From Smithella sp. PtaU1.Bin162 (GTDB lineage Bacteria > Desulfobacterota > Syntrophia > Syntrophales > Smithellaceae), in NCBI GenBank assembly GCA_002068015.1, contig MVRV01000077.1, positions 784 to 64,783 on the forward strand: a stretch of DNA of 64,000 nt, in the 5' to 3' direction. Below the pieces are notes generated by a model. The model did no database searches and was not told the origin of the DNA. It saw only the letters and a list, made by a program, of their open reading frames with translations. Each line of letters opens with the position of its first letter. The first letter of the stretch is position 1. Positions 40,689 through 52,276 of the stretch are shown one piece after another. A program made the position numbers and the translations under genes.

Positions 40689-41021
40689 ATGGAAGCGAAA
40701 GCAGTTGTAAAATATATCAGGATGTCACCGCAAAAAGTCAGATTGGTGGTGGATTTAGTAAGGGGAAAAAAAGTGCGGGAAGCACAAAATATTCTTCTTT
40801 ACACCAGAAAATATGCGGCAGGAATAGTGGCTAAAGTTATTAAATCAGCCGTTGCCAATGCGGCGCAAAATCCCAGCATTGATGAAAACATTCTCTACGT
40901 TAAGGAAATATTTGTCGATCAGGGGCCGGCACTGAAACGCTTTAGAGCGCGGGCGCAAGGAAGAGCGGCAGGGATCAAAAAAAGGACTTCACACATTACA
41001 GTTATTTTGGATGAAAAGTAA
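40689..41021 (+). CDS. rplV: 50S ribosomal protein L22
   Basis: [14 protein letters not shown] and SHITV motifs. Confidence 0.97.
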   Translation: MEAKAVVKYIRMSPQKVRLVVDLVRGKKVREAQNILLYTRKYAAGIVAKVIKSAVANAAQNPSIDENILYVKEIFVDQGPALKRFRARAQGRAAGIKKRTSHITVILDEK

Positions 41022-41033
41022 GGAGGTACTATA

Positions 41034-41678
41034 TTGGGTCAGAAGGTTAACCCGGTAGGATTACGTTTAGGCTTTATTAAAAAGTGGCAGTCGGTGTGGT
41101 TTTCCGACAAAAATTATAGTGAAATGTTGCATGAAGATTTGCAGATCAGAAAATATCTCAAGAAAAAACTCTATCATGCCGGTATTTCAAAAATTGAGAT
41201 TGAACGTGCCGCCAATAAGGCGAAAGTGAATATTTATGCAGCCCGACCGGGTGTAATTATCGGTAAAAAAGGCTCGGAAATTGAAAAGCTGAAGGCTGAA
41301 ATCGAAAAGTTTTCACAGGCTGAAATTATTATAAATATTTTAGAAGTACGTAAACCGGAAGTAGATGCCCAGCTTGTTGCGGAAAATGTGGCCATGCAAT
41401 TGGAAAGAAGAGTTGCTTTCCGCCGGGCAATGAAAAAATGTGTTGGTTACGCTCTTAAATTTGGAGCCAAAGGCATTAAGATTAACTGTTCCGGCAGACT
41501 GGGTGGAGCGGAGATGTCCCGTGCGGAATGGTACCGGGAAGGCAGAGTGCCATTGCATACTCTGCGGGCGGATATTGATTATGGATTTATTGAAGCTCAT
41601 ACAGCTTATGGTTTGATCGGAGTTAAAGTTTTAATTTTCCACGGAGAAGTATTACCTACAAAAAACGATAAACAGTAA
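41034..41678 (+). CDS. rpsC: 30S ribosomal protein S3
   Basis: GQKVNP and [14 protein letters not shown] motifs. Confidence 0.97.
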   Translation: MGQKVNPVGLRLGFIKKWQSVWFSDKNYSEMLHEDLQIRKYLKKKLYHAGISKIEIERAANKAKVNIYAARPGVIIGKKGSEIEKLKAEIEKFSQAEIIINILEVRKPEVDAQLVAENVAMQLERRVAFRRAMKKCVGYALKFGAKGIKINCSGRLGGAEMSRAEWYREGRVPLHTLRADIDYGFIEAHTAYGLIGVKVLIFHGEVLPTKNDKQ

Positions 41679-41754
41679 ATTTTACCGGTTTGTTTATCCC
41701 GGTTGGTAGTAAATCACGGAATTTTGTTGTAAAGAGCAACAGGAGTTTTAGATT

Positions 41755-42177
41755 ATGTTAATGCCTAAAAGGGTGAAATACAGAAAACTGCAGAAAGGCC
41801 GTATGGGAGGCAAGGCGACAAGGGGAGCATCGCTGTCTTTCGGTGATTTCGGATTGCAGGCGGCAGAATGCGGCTGGATTACGGCCAGACAGATTGAAGC
41901 AGCTCGTATTGCCATGACCAGATACGTCAAGCGTGGCGGTAAGATCTGGATTAGGATTTTCCCTCATAAGTCGATCACCAAAAAACCGGCTGAAACTCGT
42001 ATGGGTAAAGGAAAAGGAGCCCCGGAAGCATGGGTGGCGGTGGTTAAACCTGGTTCGGTTCTTTATGAAATGGAAGGTGTAAGCAAAGAAGTGGCTAAAG
42101 AAGCTTTTCGTCTGGCAACGCACAAGTTGCCGATTGCTACTAAATTTTTCGCAAGGGAGATATCTGATGAAAATTAA
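41755..42177 (+). CDS. rplP: 50S ribosomal protein L16
   Basis: RQIEAAR and RMGKGKG motifs. Confidence 0.97.
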   Translation: MLMPKRVKYRKLQKGRMGGKATRGASLSFGDFGLQAAECGWITARQIEAARIAMTRYVKRGGKIWIRIFPHKSITKKPAETRMGKGKGAPEAWVAVVKPGSVLYEMEGVSKEVAKEAFRLATHKLPIATKFFAREISDEN

Positions 42178-42361
42178 GGAAATCAGAAATCTTGGTATAA
42201 GTGAACTCAAACAAAAAAATAGTGAATTAGTGGAAGAAATTTTTAGACTGCGGATACGTCATGCATCAGGCCAGTTGGAGTCAACTGCAACACTCGGCCG
42301 TCTGCGGAAGGATATTGCCCGCATCAATACGGTACTGAAGGAAAAGGAGGCTGCAAGTTAA
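42167..42361 (+). CDS. rpmC: 50S ribosomal protein L29
   Basis: RKDIARINT motif; position. Confidence 0.94.
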   Translation: MKIKEIRNLGISELKQKNSELVEEIFRLRIRHASGQLESTATLGRLRKDIARINTVLKEKEAAS

Positions 42362-42362
42362 C

Positions 42363-42620
42363 ATGGCTGAGCAAGGAAATAAGCGCACTATTCGGGGAGT
42401 GGTTGTAAGCACTAAAATGAATAAGTCTGTTGTGGTTAAGGCAGAACGTTTAGTGAAGCATTCAACCTTTCATAAGTATGTGCGCAAACATGTAAAATAC
42501 AAGGTTCATGATGAACAAAACCAGTGCAAAACGGGAGACACCGTTCTGATTATTGAGTCGCGTCCGATCAGCAAGGAAAAACGTTGGCGCATGCTGGAAA
42601 TTCTGGAGAGGGCAAAATAA
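42363..42620 (+). CDS. rpsQ: 30S ribosomal protein S17
   Basis: GVVVSTKMNK, HDE and RPISKEKRW motifs. Confidence 0.96.
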   Translation: MAEQGNKRTIRGVVVSTKMNKSVVVKAERLVKHSTFHKYVRKHVKYKVHDEQNQCKTGDTVLIIESRPISKEKRWRMLEILERAK

Positions 42621-42665
42621 GAGAACTTGCCTCGAGAGGCGGGTTGTTTTAATGGGGTTTTATTT

Positions 42666-43034
42666 ATGATTCAGATGCAAACCATACTAAATGTTGCGGA
42701 TAATTCCGGCGCCAAAAAAGTAGCTTGTATTAAAGTATTAGGTGGATCGAAGCGCCGGTATGCTAGTTTAGGGGATGTTATTGTTGTTGCAGTAAAGGAA
42801 GCAATCCCGAATTCCAAAGTTAAAAAAGGTGACGTCATGAAGGCAGTCATCGTACGTACCGTTAAGGAAGTGAAAAGGCCGGATGGATCGTATTTAAAAT
42901 TTGATGACAACTCGGCCGTTTTGATTTCTAACGCAATGGAACCAATAGGAACAAGAATTTTTGGGCCGGTTGCCCGGGAATTGCGGGCAAAACAATTTAT
43001 GAAAATTATTTCTTTGGCACCAGAGGTTTTGTAA
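42666..43034 (+). CDS. rplN: 50S ribosomal protein L14
   Basis: MIQMQT..VADNSGA and GTRIFGPV motifs. Confidence 0.97.
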   Translation: MIQMQTILNVADNSGAKKVACIKVLGGSKRRYASLGDVIVVAVKEAIPNSKVKKGDVMKAVIVRTVKEVKRPDGSYLKFDDNSAVLISNAMEPIGTRIFGPVARELRAKQFMKIISLAPEVL

Positions 43035-43056
43035 GCCTGTTTTGAAGAGGAAGAAG

Positions 43057-43380
43057 ATGAGCTTAAGCAGATTGAAAAAAGGGGATATGGTTAAAGTTCT
43101 TGCCGGTAAGGATAAAGGTAAGACGGGAAAAATACTGAAAACTATTCCTGAAAAAAGCCGGATCGTCGTCGAAAAAATCAATTTCATTAAGAAACATAAA
43201 AAGCCGGACCAAAAGACTAAAGGTGGAATAGTGGAAAAAGAAGGGTCTTTGCATGTTTCGAAAGTTGCGTTGTTATGCAGTAAATGTAACGCTGGCGTGC
43301 GAATAAAAAACAAAATACTGGAAGACGGTAAAAAAGTGCGTATTTGCAGTAAATGCAATGAAGCAATTAATGTGGGTTAA
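43057..43380 (+). CDS. rplX: 50S ribosomal protein L24
   Basis: [17 protein letters not shown] motif; two CSKC motifs. Confidence 0.96.
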   Translation: MSLSRLKKGDMVKVLAGKDKGKTGKILKTIPEKSRIVVEKINFIKKHKKPDQKTKGGIVEKEGSLHVSKVALLCSKCNAGVRIKNKILEDGKKVRICSKCNEAINVG

Positions 43381-43385
43381 TAAAA

Positions 43386-43925
43386 ATGGCAAGATTAAAA
43401 GAATATTATACAAAAAATGTTGTTCCTGCGCTGATTAAGGAATTCCAATATAAAAATCCGATGCAGGTGCCCAAGCTGGAGAAAATTGTCATCAACATGG
43501 GTTTAGGTGAAGCCATTTCCAATGTAAAAATTATTGATAGCGCTGTGCAAGAGTTATCCATGATTACCGGTCAAAAACCAGTTGTAACCAAGGCTAAAAA
43601 ATCCATTGCGACGTTCAAACTGCGGCAAGGCATGCCGATTGGCTGTTCGGTTACCTTAAGAAAAGAAATTATGTATGAATTTTTTGACCGTCTCGTTAAT
43701 GTTGCTTTGCCTAAAGTAAGAGATTTTCGCGGGATACCTTCTAATTCGTTTGATGGTAGGGGAAATTTCTCCATGGGTTTGCAGGAGCAAATTATTTTCC
43801 CGGAAATCGAGTATGACAAAGTAGAAAAAGTCAAGGGAATGAATATCACTATCGTAACGACGGCGAGGACAGATGCCGAAGCTAGGGTGTTATTAAAGCT
43901 GATGGGTGTACCATTTAAGAATTAA
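43386..43925 (+). CDS. rplE: 50S ribosomal protein L5
   Basis: ITGQKP, FDGRGN and EQIIFPEI motifs. Confidence 0.97.
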   Translation: MARLKEYYTKNVVPALIKEFQYKNPMQVPKLEKIVINMGLGEAISNVKIIDSAVQELSMITGQKPVVTKAKKSIATFKLRQGMPIGCSVTLRKEIMYEFFDRLVNVALPKVRDFRGIPSNSFDGRGNFSMGLQEQIIFPEIEYDKVEKVKGMNITIVTTARTDAEARVLLKLMGVPFKN

Positions 43926-43951
43926 TTGAGTAATATCCGGAGGAATTTGGT

Positions 43952-44137
43952 GTGGCGAAGAAGTCATTAAGAATAAAAGCGACAAGGAAGATGAAGTTTT
44001 CGGTCCGGGAATATAACCGTTGTCCGATTTGCGGTCGGCCGCGGGCATATTACAGGAAATTTGATATGTGCAGAATTTGTTTGCGGAAACTTTCCCTCCA
44101 GGGAGAACTTCCGGGTGTAATAAAATCGAGTTGGTAA
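43952..44137 (+). CDS. rpsN: 30S ribosomal protein S14 (type Z, zinc-binding)
   Basis: RCPICGRPR...CRIC...PGVIKSSW; 61 aa. Confidence 0.96.
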   Translation: MAKKSLRIKATRKMKFSVREYNRCPICGRPRAYYRKFDMCRICLRKLSLQGELPGVIKSSW

Positions 44138-44162
44138 ATTTTGAGGTTTAAGGAGAAAAAGC

Positions 44163-44564
44163 ATGGGGATGACTGATCCTATTGCCGATATGCTTACTAG
44201 AATTAGGAATGCTAATAAGGCTCGTTTTAAGAGTACTCTTGTTCATATGTCACAGATAAATATGAACATAGCTAAAGTATTAAAAAAAGCTGGTTATATC
44301 AGTGGTTACGATAATGTAAAGGATGACAAGGGCTATGCGATGCTGAAAATCACTCTTAAATATCCTGATGCAAAGCATACCGTAATTACCGATATAAAAA
44401 GAATCAGTAAACCGGGACGGCGCGTATATGTCAATGCCGGAAATATTCCCAGCGTATTAAACGGCTACGGGATCTCCGTTCTGTCGACTTCCAGTGGAGT
44501 AATTACGGATAAGGAAGCTCGGGAGATGAATATCGGCGGTGAAGTTATTTGTAATGTTTGGTAG
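44163..44564 (+). CDS. rpsH: 30S ribosomal protein S8
   Basis: DPIADMLTRIRN and SKPGRRVY motifs. Confidence 0.97.
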   Translation: MGMTDPIADMLTRIRNANKARFKSTLVHMSQINMNIAKVLKKAGYISGYDNVKDDKGYAMLKITLKYPDAKHTVITDIKRISKPGRRVYVNAGNIPSVLNGYGISVLSTSSGVITDKEAREMNIGGEVICNVW

Positions 44565-44605
44565 TTGAAATTGAAATAAATGATATTAAGCAGGGGTGCT
44601 TGTTC

Positions 44606-45145
44606 ATGTCGAGAATAGGTAAAAAACCGGTTACATTTCCTAAAAATGTTAAAATCAGCCAGAATGCCGGTATTGTTAAGGTAGAAGGTCCCAAGGGAAT
44701 TCTTTCTTCGAGATTGCCGGAAGGTATAAGCATGACATTGGGTGATGGTAACCTGGTTATCGAGAGAAAATCGGATGAAAGAATTGCCCGGTCTTATCAC
44801 GGCTTGGCCCGAACTTTGATTGGCAATATGGTGACCGGTGTCAGTACAGGTTTTGTAAAGAATCTGGAAATATCCGGTGTCGGTTATCGTGCTGAAGTTG
44901 CCGGGAACACATTAAAGCTCGCTTTGGGATATTCCAGCCAGGTCCAATATCCTATTCCTAAGGGGATAGATGTTAAAGTGGATAAGCAAACCGCAATCGC
45001 TATTTCCGGTATTGATAAACAATTGGTGGGCAGGGTTGCCGCGGAAATTCGTGCATTGAGAAAACCGGAGCCTTACAAGGGTAAAGGTATTAAATATGCG
45101 GGTGAACACGTCAGGCATAAAGCGGGGAAATCAGCGGCTAAGTAA
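44606..45145 (+). CDS. rplF: 50S ribosomal protein L6
   Basis: MSRIGK and PEPYKGKGI motifs. Confidence 0.97.
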   Translation: MSRIGKKPVTFPKNVKISQNAGIVKVEGPKGILSSRLPEGISMTLGDGNLVIERKSDERIARSYHGLARTLIGNMVTGVSTGFVKNLEISGVGYRAEVAGNTLKLALGYSSQVQYPIPKGIDVKVDKQTAIAISGIDKQLVGRVAAEIRALRKPEPYKGKGIKYAGEHVRHKAGKSAAK

Positions 45146-45184
45146 TAAATAGTAAAATTTAATATGTGGTAAAGAGGTGGAACA

Positions 45185-45550
45185 TTGGCTTCCAAGAAGA
45201 CACTTAAGATAAGAAAAAAGAGAGAAAAAAGAGTAAGGAGCAAAATTTCCGGAACACAGGAAAAACCGCGTCTTTCCGTTTTCCGGTCGGATAGACATAT
45301 TTATGCTCAAGCTATTAACGATGTTCAGGGAACTACCCTGGCTGTGGCTTCCACTCTGAGTAAAGATTTAGCTCAAAAAATCAAAGGCAAGAAGAAGGTA
45401 GAGATTGCCGGAGAAGTGGGAAAGTTGATTGCGTCACGCCTAAATGCTCTGGGTGTGGATAAAGTTGTTTTTGATAGGGGAAGGTTTCTCTATCATGGCC
45501 GCGTAAAAGCTTTGGCTGATGGCGCGCGGGAAAATGGTCTTAAATTTTAA
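45185..45550 (+). CDS. rplR: 50S ribosomal protein L18
   Basis: PRLSVFRS and FDRG..YHGRV motifs. Confidence 0.96.
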   Translation: MASKKTLKIRKKREKRVRSKISGTQEKPRLSVFRSDRHIYAQAINDVQGTTLAVASTLSKDLAQKIKGKKKVEIAGEVGKLIASRLNALGVDKVVFDRGRFLYHGRVKALADGARENGLKF

Positions 45551-45565
45551 ATTTATTCAATACAC

Positions 45566-46063
45566 GTGATAAGGGAAGAATCGTTGGATAACAAAGAATT
45601 GAAAGATGTGGAGCTCCTGGACCGAGTTATTGCCATAAATAGAACGGCAAAAGTTGTCAAGGGAGGAAGGCGGTTCCGTTTCAGTGCTATAGTTGTTGTT
45701 GGCGATGGCAAAGGTATGATCGGTGCCGGTTTGGGCAAAGCTCATGAAGTGCCGGAAGCTATTCGCAAAGGAATGGAGATGGCCAAGAAGAACATGGTAA
45801 AAGTTGCCGTTGTCGGAAAAACAATTCCTTACGAAGTTATGGGCAGCTATGGAGCGGGTAAGGTTTTATTAAAACCGGCTTCGGAAGGCACTGGTTTAAT
45901 TGCCGGTGGTGCAGTAAGAGCTGTCTTGGAAGTTGCCGGTGTGCACAATATTTTAACCAAATGCTTAGGCTCCCATAACCCGCACAATTTAGTCAAAGCC
46001 ACTCTCGAAGGCCTTTGCCAATTAAAGGATCCGGCGGAAATTTCTGCGCAAAGAGGCAAGTAA
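45566..46063 (+). CDS. rpsE: 30S ribosomal protein S5
   Basis: KVVKGGRRF and GTGLIAGG motifs. Confidence 0.97.
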   Translation: MIREESLDNKELKDVELLDRVIAINRTAKVVKGGRRFRFSAIVVVGDGKGMIGAGLGKAHEVPEAIRKGMEMAKKNMVKVAVVGKTIPYEVMGSYGAGKVLLKPASEGTGLIAGGAVRAVLEVAGVHNILTKCLGSHNPHNLVKATLEGLCQLKDPAEISAQRGK

Positions 46064-46085
46064 TTTTATTTAATTATTCGGCGAG

Positions 46086-46283
46086 GTGCTTAAAGTGGGC
46101 AATATATTAAAAGTTAAAAAAGTGAAGAGTGAAATTGGTCGTCCGGAAAAACAGAGAAAAATTTTACGCGGTATGGGACTTACAAAATTAAACAGGACGG
46201 TCGTTTTAGCTGATACTCCGCAGGTCCGCGGTATGATAGGTAAGGTTGTTCATTTAGTTTCTGTGGAAGAGTCAAAGGAGTAG
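46086..46283 (+). CDS. rpmD: 50S ribosomal protein L30
   Basis: KS.IGR, RGMI.KV.HLV motifs; start could instead be GTG 46095. Confidence 0.92.
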   Translation: MLKVGNILKVKKVKSEIGRPEKQRKILRGMGLTKLNRTVVLADTPQVRGMIGKVVHLVSVEESKE

Positions 46284-46286
46284 TAT

Positions 46287-46733
46287 ATGGATTTGGGTTC
46301 AATAAAAGCTCCGGTTGGTGCGAGAAAAAATCGAAAGCGCGTTGGTCGTGGCGATGCTTCCGGTCAGGGAGGAACGGCAGGTAAAGGAGATAAGGGGCAA
46401 AAAGCGCGTTCCGGTGGTAAAGTACGCGCCGGTTTCGAAGGTGGTCAGATGCCGCTTTCCCGCAGAATTCCCAAAAGAGGTTTTCGCAATCCGTTCCGCG
46501 AAAAATTTGTTGCGGTAAATCTGGCCGATTTATGCCGTAAATTCAGCAAGGGAGCGGTAGTTGATCAGGCGTCTCTTCTGAAAAGCGGTATAGTAAAGAA
46601 AAAAACTGATAATATTAAAATATTGGCTAAAGGTGAAATCGATTTTCCCGTGACGATCAAAATAGCAAAGATCAGCCAGGCGGCAAAAGTAAAAATTACT
46701 GCCGCCGGTGGTTCAATAGAAGAGGTAATGTAA
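46287..46733 (+). CDS. rplO: 50S ribosomal protein L15
   Basis: GFEGGQMPL.RR.PKRGF motif. Confidence 0.97.
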   Translation: MDLGSIKAPVGARKNRKRVGRGDASGQGGTAGKGDKGQKARSGGKVRAGFEGGQMPLSRRIPKRGFRNPFREKFVAVNLADLCRKFSKGAVVDQASLLKSGIVKKKTDNIKILAKGEIDFPVTIKIAKISQAAKVKITAAGGSIEEVM

Positions 46734-46734
46734 T

Positions 46735-48042
46735 TTGTTAGAAGGACTGGGCAGCGTTTCTAAAATTCCCGAATTGCAAAGAAGAATTTTGTATACATTT
46801 CTTCTTTTGGCTGTTTACAGGGTTGGCGTATTTATTCCGACGCCGGGCATTGATAACGCCGCGTTATTGGCTTTTTTTGAGCAGGCGCGCGGTTCGATGC
46901 TGGGATTAATGGATATGTTTGCCGGTGGTGCTTTAAGCTCATTTTCTATTTTTGCTTTAGGCATAATGCCTTACATCAGTTCTTCGATCATTTTGCAATT
47001 ATTGACTGTAGCCATTCCCCATCTGGAGCGGCTTTCCAAGGAAGGCGAAACCGGACGCCGAAAGATTACTCAGTATACTCGTTACGGTACAATTATTCTA
47101 AGTGTAATTCAGGGATTCGGTATTGCTTACGGCTTGCAGCATATGGCGAGTCCTTCCGGTGCGCCGATTGTTTTACAGCCGGGACTGTCGTTTATAATTA
47201 TGACAGTCATAACACTTACTGCCGGTACTGCTTTTATCATGTGGCTTGGTGAAACGATTACGGAAAAAGGTATTGGTAATGGTATTTCATTAATAATATT
47301 TGCTGGTATCGTTTGCCGCCTTCCTGCGGGCATTGTCAGTACCTGGGATTTATATGTCGCCGGTGAATTACATTTCCTGGTTGTGTTATTTATATTGATT
47401 TTAATGGTGGCGGTTGTTGCTGCCATAGTGTTTGTAGAAGCCGGGCAGCGCCGTATTCCTGTTCAGTATGCCAAAAGAATTGTCGGACGTAAAATGTATG
47501 GAGGACAGACAACTCATCTGCCGCTGAAAATAAATTCGGCCGGAGTTATTCCGCCGATCTTTGCTTCGTCGGTAATTATGTTTCCGGCGACGATAGCAAA
47601 TTTCGCGCCGCAAGGATGGATGAAAGATATATCCGAGTATCTGATGCCGGGCAGGTTAGGTTATGAATTGTTATATGTTGCTTTTATCTTTTTCTTTTGC
47701 TTTTTTTACACGGCGGTAACTTTTAAGCCTGATGATGTTGCAGAAAACATGAAAAAATTCGGCGGATATGTCCCGGGAATACGACCAGGCAAAAAGACAG
47801 CTGAATACATTGAGGATATTCTGGAAAAATTGACTTTTAGCGGTGCTATTTATGTTTCTGCCGTTTGTGTATTGCCCAGTATTTTAATTACGCAATTTAA
47901 TATACCCTTTTACTTCGGGGGAACGTCGCTGTTGATTGTTGTTGGAGTGGCAATGGATACCGCCGGCCAGGTGGAGTCACATTTATTGACAAGGCAATAC
48001 GAAGGATTTATGAAGAAAGGTCACATTGCCCGCAGGCGTTAG
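46735..48042 (+). CDS. secY: Preprotein translocase SecY
   Basis: SIFALGIMPYI, GNGISLII, AGVIPPIFA and PGIRPG motifs. Confidence 0.98.
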   Translation: MLEGLGSVSKIPELQRRILYTFLLLAVYRVGVFIPTPGIDNAALLAFFEQARGSMLGLMDMFAGGALSSFSIFALGIMPYISSSIILQLLTVAIPHLERLSKEGETGRRKITQYTRYGTIILSVIQGFGIAYGLQHMASPSGAPIVLQPGLSFIIMTVITLTAGTAFIMWLGETITEKGIGNGISLIIFAGIVCRLPAGIVSTWDLYVAGELHFLVVLFILILMVAVVAAIVFVEAGQRRIPVQYAKRIVGRKMYGGQTTHLPLKINSAGVIPPIFASSVIMFPATIANFAPQGWMKDISEYLMPGRLGYELLYVAFIFFFCFFYTAVTFKPDDVAENMKKFGGYVPGIRPGKKTAEYIEDILEKLTFSGAIYVSAVCVLPSILITQFNIPFYFGGTSLLIVVGVAMDTAGQVESHLLTRQYEGFMKKGHIARRR

Positions 48043-48066
48043 TACAAATTTTCCTGAAGGTAACAA

Positions 48067-48816
48067 ATGCTGATTTTAAAACTTCCGGAAGAAATTGAAA
48101 AAGCGAGGGCAAGTAACTATATTGTTGCCGAGGTTTTAAGTAAGCTGAGAGAAAAAGTAAAACCGGGTGTAACAACCAGAGAATTGGACAAGTTTGCCGA
48201 GGAAATTGCTGAGAAAAGGGGTGCCAAACCGGCATTTAAAGGTTACCGGGGTTATCCCCATTCACTTTGTACCTCGATTAACGATCAGGTTGTCCATGGA
48301 ATGCCTTCTGCGCGGGTGTTGAAAGAAGGCGATATAGTTGGTTTGGATTTTGGTGTTTGTTACAAAGGTTTTTTCGGCGATGCGTCCATAACATTGCCGG
48401 TAGGAGATGTATCTCTCGAGGCTCTCAAGCTCATCGAAGTAACAGAAGAGAGCCTTTATGCCGGTATCAAACAGGCCAACGACGGCAACAGATTGGGAGA
48501 TATATCTGCTGCTGTACAGTTAACGGTGGAAGCGGCCGGTTATTCCGTGGTGCGGGATTTCGTGGGTCATGGTATCGGCCGAAACCTGCACGAGGAACCG
48601 CAAATTCCTAATTTCGGGAAAAAAGGTCGCGGGATTGAATTGAAAAGCGGCATGATCCTGGCTATTGAGCCGATGGTGAATCAGGGTGATTATAAAGTAA
48701 AGGTTTTGTCGGACGGCTGGACAGTGGTAACTCAAGATGGAAAACTGTCGGCTCATTTTGAGCATTCGATAGCAATTACTGATAACGGGCCAGACATTTT
48801 AAGTAAATTGAGATAA
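48067..48816 (+). CDS. map: Methionine aminopeptidase type I
   Basis: VVHG.P, GHGIG..LHEEP, AIEPM and SAHFEH motifs. Confidence 0.96.
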   Translation: MLILKLPEEIEKARASNYIVAEVLSKLREKVKPGVTTRELDKFAEEIAEKRGAKPAFKGYRGYPHSLCTSINDQVVHGMPSARVLKEGDIVGLDFGVCYKGFFGDASITLPVGDVSLEALKLIEVTEESLYAGIKQANDGNRLGDISAAVQLTVEAAGYSVVRDFVGHGIGRNLHEEPQIPNFGKKGRGIELKSGMILAIEPMVNQGDYKVKVLSDGWTVVTQDGKLSAHFEHSIAITDNGPDILSKLR

Positions 48817-48867
48817 TTTATTTCTTTATTCGGGTGATGGAATAGGGAAGCGTGAAGAAAGCAAAGT

Positions 48868-49086
48868 ATGGCCAAAGAAGAAGCAATAGAAGTTGAAGGT
48901 CGGGTCATTGAACCGCTACCTAATGCCATGTTTCGGGTAGAACTGGAAAACGGGCATAAGGTATTGGCTCATATTTCCGGTAAGATGAGGATGCATTTTA
49001 TAAAAATTCTGCCGGGTGATAAGGTAACTGTAGAGCTTTCACCTTATGATCTGACACGAGGCCGGATTACCTACAGGACCAAATAA
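48868..49086 (+). CDS. infA: Translation initiation factor IF-1
   Basis: [10 protein letters not shown] and [10 protein letters not shown] motifs. Confidence 0.97.
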   Translation: MAKEEAIEVEGRVIEPLPNAMFRVELENGHKVLAHISGKMRMHFIKILPGDKVTVELSPYDLTRGRITYRTK

Positions 49087-49119
49087 ATATTTTTTTAACG
49101 CGGATAAGGAGTTGGGAGC

Positions 49120-49233
49120 GTGAAAGTAAGATCGTCGGTAAAAAAAATATGTGAGAAGTGTAAGATTGTTAAACGAAAAGGTGTTTTGCGCGTAATTTGT
49201 GAAAACCCTAAACATAAACAGCGTCAGGGATAG
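49120..49233 (+). CDS. rpmJ: 50S ribosomal protein L36
   Basis: Not in the ORF track. GTG start, [37 protein letters not shown]. Confidence 0.96.
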   Translation: MKVRSSVKKICEKCKIVKRKGVLRVICENPKHKQRQG

Positions 49234-49261
49234 TTTGTGAAAGATTGGGAGGTTATATAAG

Positions 49262-49630
49262 GTGGCACGACTTGCAGGAGTTGATTTACCCAAAAATAAA
49301 AGAATGGGAGTTGCTTTAACTTACATTTACGGCATTGGTCCAACGAAGGCAAAGCAGATTCTCAAAGACTCGGGTGTCAGTCCGGATACAAAAACAGATG
49401 AATTGGCTGACTCGGAAATATCGGCAATTAGAAATATTATTGATAAAGAACATAAGGTTGAAGGAGACCTGCGTCGTGATATATCCATGTCGATTAAGAG
49501 ACTGATGGATATCGGTGCTTATCGGGGACTTCGCCATCGTAAAGGTTTGCCGGTGCGAGGACAGAGAACGCATACCAACGGCAGAACGAGAAAAGGGCCC
49601 AGACGTGCTATTGCTGGCAAGAAAAAGTAA
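49262..49630 (+). CDS. rpsM: 30S ribosomal protein S13
   Basis: YIYGIG and LPVRGQRT motifs. Confidence 0.97.
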   Translation: MARLAGVDLPKNKRMGVALTYIYGIGPTKAKQILKDSGVSPDTKTDELADSEISAIRNIIDKEHKVEGDLRRDISMSIKRLMDIGAYRGLRHRKGLPVRGQRTHTNGRTRKGPRRAIAGKKK

Positions 49631-49657
49631 TTGGACTTACTTTGATCCGGAGGAAAA

Positions 49658-50050
49658 ATGGTAAAAGCAGTTAGAAAAACAGGTAAGAAAAAAGAAAAGA
49701 AAAATATTACTGACGGGGTTGCACATATTCAATCCACTTTTAATAATACGATTGTAACTATCACTGATTTATCCGGCAATGTAATTGCCTGGTCAACCGC
49801 CGGACTCCAGGGTTTTAAAGGGTCGCGTAAAAGTACTCCCTTTGCAGCTCAGATGGCGGCGGAAGATGCCGTACGCAAAGCCAAGGAACAGGGAATGCGC
49901 AGAGTGCAGGTTTATATAAAAGGTCCGGGAGCCGGTCGGGAATCGGCATTACGTTCATTACAACTGGCTGGTCTGACAATAACAATGATTCGTGATGTGA
50001 CTCCTGTGCCTCATAATGGATGCAGACCACCGAAGCGTCGCAGGGTCTAA
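49658..50050 (+). CDS. rpsK: 30S ribosomal protein S11
   Basis: [14 protein letters not shown] and PHNGCRP motifs. Confidence 0.97.
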   Translation: MVKAVRKTGKKKEKKNITDGVAHIQSTFNNTIVTITDLSGNVIAWSTAGLQGFKGSRKSTPFAAQMAAEDAVRKAKEQGMRRVQVYIKGPGAGRESALRSLQLAGLTITMIRDVTPVPHNGCRPPKRRRV

Positions 50051-50103
50051 TCGGGTAAAATAAGAAATAACGAATAATAATTGGGTAATAAGGGAGGCAT
50101 TTT

Positions 50104-50733
50104 TTGGCAAGATATACGGATTCCTCATGCAGATTGTGTCGCCGGGAAGGATTAAAACTCTTTCTTAAAGGTGACAGGTGCTATTCGGAAAAGTGTGCTT
50201 TTGAAAGAAGGGGTTATGCTCCGGGACAACATGGTCAGTCGCATAAGAAGCAAAACTCTGATTATGGTGTTCAATTACGTGAAAAACAGAAGCTCAAGAG
50301 AATGTACCGCCTTTTGGAAAAGCAGTTTCGCGGGTATTTTGATAAAGGTGATCAATTAAAAGGTATTACGGGAACAAATTTACTCGTGCTCTTGGAAAGA
50401 AGAATGGATAATATGATTTTCCGTATGGGCTTTTCCAGTTCCCGGGACGAAGCAAGGCAACTGGTTACTCATGGCCATTTTTTAGTTAATGGCAAACCGG
50501 TAAATATTCCATCATATTTACTGAGGACGGGAGATGTAATTACCGTTAAAGAGGGCAGCCGCAAAATCACACGGATACTGGAAGCTATGGAAACAGTGGC
50601 CCGTCGCGGTGTGCCGCATTGGCTGGCATTGGATAAAGATAACTTCAGCGCTTCAATTAAAATGCTGCCGGTACGTGAAGATTTAACGATGCCGGTTGCG
50701 GAACAGCTCATAGTAGAACTTTATTCGAAGTAA
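50104..50733 (+). CDS. rpsD: 30S ribosomal protein S4 (zinc-binding form)
   Basis: CRLCRREG...C, PGQHG, LREKQK and VELYSK motifs. Confidence 0.97.
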   Translation: MARYTDSSCRLCRREGLKLFLKGDRCYSEKCAFERRGYAPGQHGQSHKKQNSDYGVQLREKQKLKRMYRLLEKQFRGYFDKGDQLKGITGTNLLVLLERRMDNMIFRMGFSSSRDEARQLVTHGHFLVNGKPVNIPSYLLRTGDVITVKEGSRKITRILEAMETVARRGVPHWLALDKDNFSASIKMLPVREDLTMPVAEQLIVELYSK

Positions 50734-50774
50734 AAAACAAAATTTTATAAACCAGCTAAAGGGTGGGGTTAATT

Positions 50775-51767
50775 ATGCAGAGAAACTGGTCAAGTTTAAT
50801 ACGTCCCAAACGTATAGATGTTGATGAAGCTACACATACTCGGTTTTATGGTGAATTTACCATTCAGCCGCTGGAAAGAGGATATGGGATTACATTAGGT
50901 AACGCCTTAAGACGGGTGCTGCTTTCTTCTATACGGGGAGCTGCTATTGTATCGATTAAAATTGATAATGTTTTACATGAATTTTCCACAATTCCCGGTG
51001 TTAAAGAAGATGTGACCGACGTAATTTTGAATCTAAAAGGAGTGCGTCTGAAGCTGGGGACGGCTGACACGAAAGTGGTGCATATTGACGTGTCGCAACC
51101 AGGTGTTATCAAAGCCGGTGATATTATCTCCGATGGAACAGTTGAGGTATTAAATCCTGATCATTACATTGCCACGATGTCGTCGGCAGGTGCTTCCTTT
51201 AAAGCGGAGTTGGTCGTAAAAATGGGTAAAGGATATATTCCGGCAAAAAAAGAACTGGATCCCGATCAACCCGAAGGTACGATTAATATCGATGCTATTT
51301 TCACACCGGTTAAAAAAGTTAATTATACCGTTTCCCATGCGCGTGTCGGACAAATCACCGATTTCGATAAACTGGTCCTGGAAGTATGGACCGACGGGAG
51401 TTTGAATCCGGAAGACGCCATTGCCTATTCGGCGAAAATATTGAAGCAACAGCTGGATGTTTTCATCAACTTTGAAGAAGTTGATGAAGAAATTCCACCG
51501 GAAGTGGAGGATGAAAAGGGCAATGTCAATGAGGTGTTATTGCGGTCGGTTGAGGATCTGGAACTGTCGGTGCGTTCAGCCAACTGTTTGAAGAATGCCG
51601 GAATCAATACAATCGGTGAACTGGTGCAAAGAACAGAAACCGAAATGCTTAAAACGAAAAATTTTGGCCGCAAATCGCTTTCCGAAATTAAAGATATTTT
51701 AAACGAGTACAATCTTACTTTCGGAATGAAACTTGATTTTGCTCCATGGAACGAAAAAAGCGAATAA
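50775..51767 (+). CDS. rpoA: RNA polymerase alpha subunit
   Basis: [25 protein letters not shown] and NFGRKSL motifs. Confidence 0.98.
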   Translation: MQRNWSSLIRPKRIDVDEATHTRFYGEFTIQPLERGYGITLGNALRRVLLSSIRGAAIVSIKIDNVLHEFSTIPGVKEDVTDVILNLKGVRLKLGTADTKVVHIDVSQPGVIKAGDIISDGTVEVLNPDHYIATMSSAGASFKAELVVKMGKGYIPAKKELDPDQPEGTINIDAIFTPVKKVNYTVSHARVGQITDFDKLVLEVWTDGSLNPEDAIAYSAKILKQQLDVFINFEEVDEEIPPEVEDEKGNVNEVLLRSVEDLELSVRSANCLKNAGINTIGELVQRTETEMLKTKNFGRKSLSEIKDILNEYNLTFGMKLDFAPWNEKSE

Positions 51768-51828
51768 GATAACGGTGAAATATTATTTATTGTAGATTAT
51801 TGATCGTCAGGAAAGGAAGATATTAGCA

Positions 51829-52248
51829 ATGTATCATGGTAAGGCGGGCAGAAAGCTGGGTAGAACTTCCAGCCATAAAGAAGCCATGCTTCGTAATATG
51901 GTTACTTCCGTGATTAAACATGAAAGTATTCGTACGACAGACTGCAAGGCAAAAGAATTAAAAAAGCTGGCGGAGAAAATGGTTACTCTTGGTAAGAGAG
52001 GTGATTTACATGCACGCCGTCAGGCCCTGTCTGTTATTCGGGACAAGGCTACTGTTTCCAAGCTTTTTGGTGAACTTTCGGAACGTTATCGTACCCGTAG
52101 CGGAGGATATACCAGGATAGTGAAAATAGGGTATCGTTTCGGCGACAATGCGCCTGTTTCCATTTTGGAATTTATTGACGATGGAAAGAAAAAAGAAAAA
52201 GCCAAATCCAAGGCAAAAGCTAAAGTTAAAGAAGAAGCGGCTAAATAA
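51829..52248 (+). CDS. rplQ: 50S ribosomal protein L17
   Basis: [14 protein letters not shown] and GDNAP motifs. Confidence 0.97.
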   Translation: MYHGKAGRKLGRTSSHKEAMLRNMVTSVIKHESIRTTDCKAKELKKLAEKMVTLGKRGDLHARRQALSVIRDKATVSKLFGELSERYRTRSGGYTRIVKIGYRFGDNAPVSILEFIDDGKKKEKAKSKAKAKVKEEAAK

Positions 52249-52276
52249 GCTGTACCTTCAAATTCAGCAAATACTT

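Noticed and set aside
27321-51712. Numerous antisense and alternate-frame ORFs over rpoB, rpoC and ribosomal genes
   Set aside because: Shadow ORFs of conserved genes with no recognisable motifs or RBS.
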